Shown here one piece after another: positions 63,507 to 64,000 of a stretch of DNA of 64,000 bases. This DNA comes from Octopus sinensis. Taxonomy: Eukaryota. The notes beneath the pieces are model-generated. The model did no database searches, had not been told where the DNA came from, and was given only the letters and a program-made list of their open reading frames with translations. How positions within the stretch are numbered: position 1 is the stretch's first letter; the number at the start of each line of letters is the position of its first letter. The stretch covers positions 32,984,001-33,048,000 of the forward strand of contig NC_043014.1 of NCBI RefSeq assembly GCF_006345805.1, written 5' to 3'. Made by a program: the position numbers and the translations under genes.

Positions 63507-64000
63507 AAATTTTTCTTTTAATATATGTATGTGTGTATGTATGTATGTATGCACACATACATGCACTTGACATGTCCTTCACTGGCTCAAATAAATATCC
63601 TATTTCATAGAGTATTTTGTTTTTTCTCACTAGCTTCATGTCAAATTCTTTTCACAATTGCAATGTCGCACAGCAAGCGGCCTCAGAAAAATTAACTATG
63701 AATATTAATTCTACAAGAAACAAACACATATTTCAAAAATAAAATTAAAATAATAACCAAGCACAGTCATTGTAGTATCATTTTTAACTATCAACAATAA
63801 CAATGTTATTTTCATTATGAAATTGGACCATGCGAATGCAGCTAACAAAAGCATTATTGTATCAAGCTTGTAGATTGTTTATTTATTTTTCTTATTTACT
63901 CTCCTAAAAATCCAGTTTTCTTTAATATTCCATAACATTTATAATGACCTAATTGTATATAACTAATTGTTATTGTATATAACTAACTATTTATAAAATA

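Overview
AT-rich, repeat-dense eukaryotic DNA. The repeat families (tRNA-headed SINEs, RTE and CR1 LINE relics, Helitrons, very long TA/TATG microsatellites) point to an octopod cephalopod, probably Octopus; this is my inference, with no database check. One protein-coding gene is supported, on the + strand. Its exons are 11763-11787 (tentative start exon), 29502-29624, 36855-38225 and 57532-57615, all separated by phase-1 GT-AG introns, and the gene is open at the 3' end of the window. The spliced frame is continuous for about 534 codons. It encodes a BCL11A/BCL11B/ZNF296-type N-terminal module: a CCHC finger (DYLTCGRCLREFPLQNITNFIHHKKNDC) and an atypical finger (YCSSCTKAFLSAWEMLQHAQFTHKFKIFF). 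A long Ser/Asn-rich linker follows, then C2H2 fingers whose recognition helices do not match canonical BCL11. Everything else is intergenic or intronic repeat. There are several SINE families, an RTE LINE whose 3' UTR accounts for many dispersed repeats, and CR1/L2, mariner, Tc1/pogo, piggyBac-like, hAT-like and Helitron relics. There is also a 351-bp satellite with an internal inversion, a 5.8-kb TA/TATG block, and an unusual number of fold-back hairpins. Nearly all entries in the supplied ORF track are microsatellite or repeat artefacts. Repeat boundaries were placed by eye and are approximate (about +/-20 bp); the exon boundaries were counted exactly.
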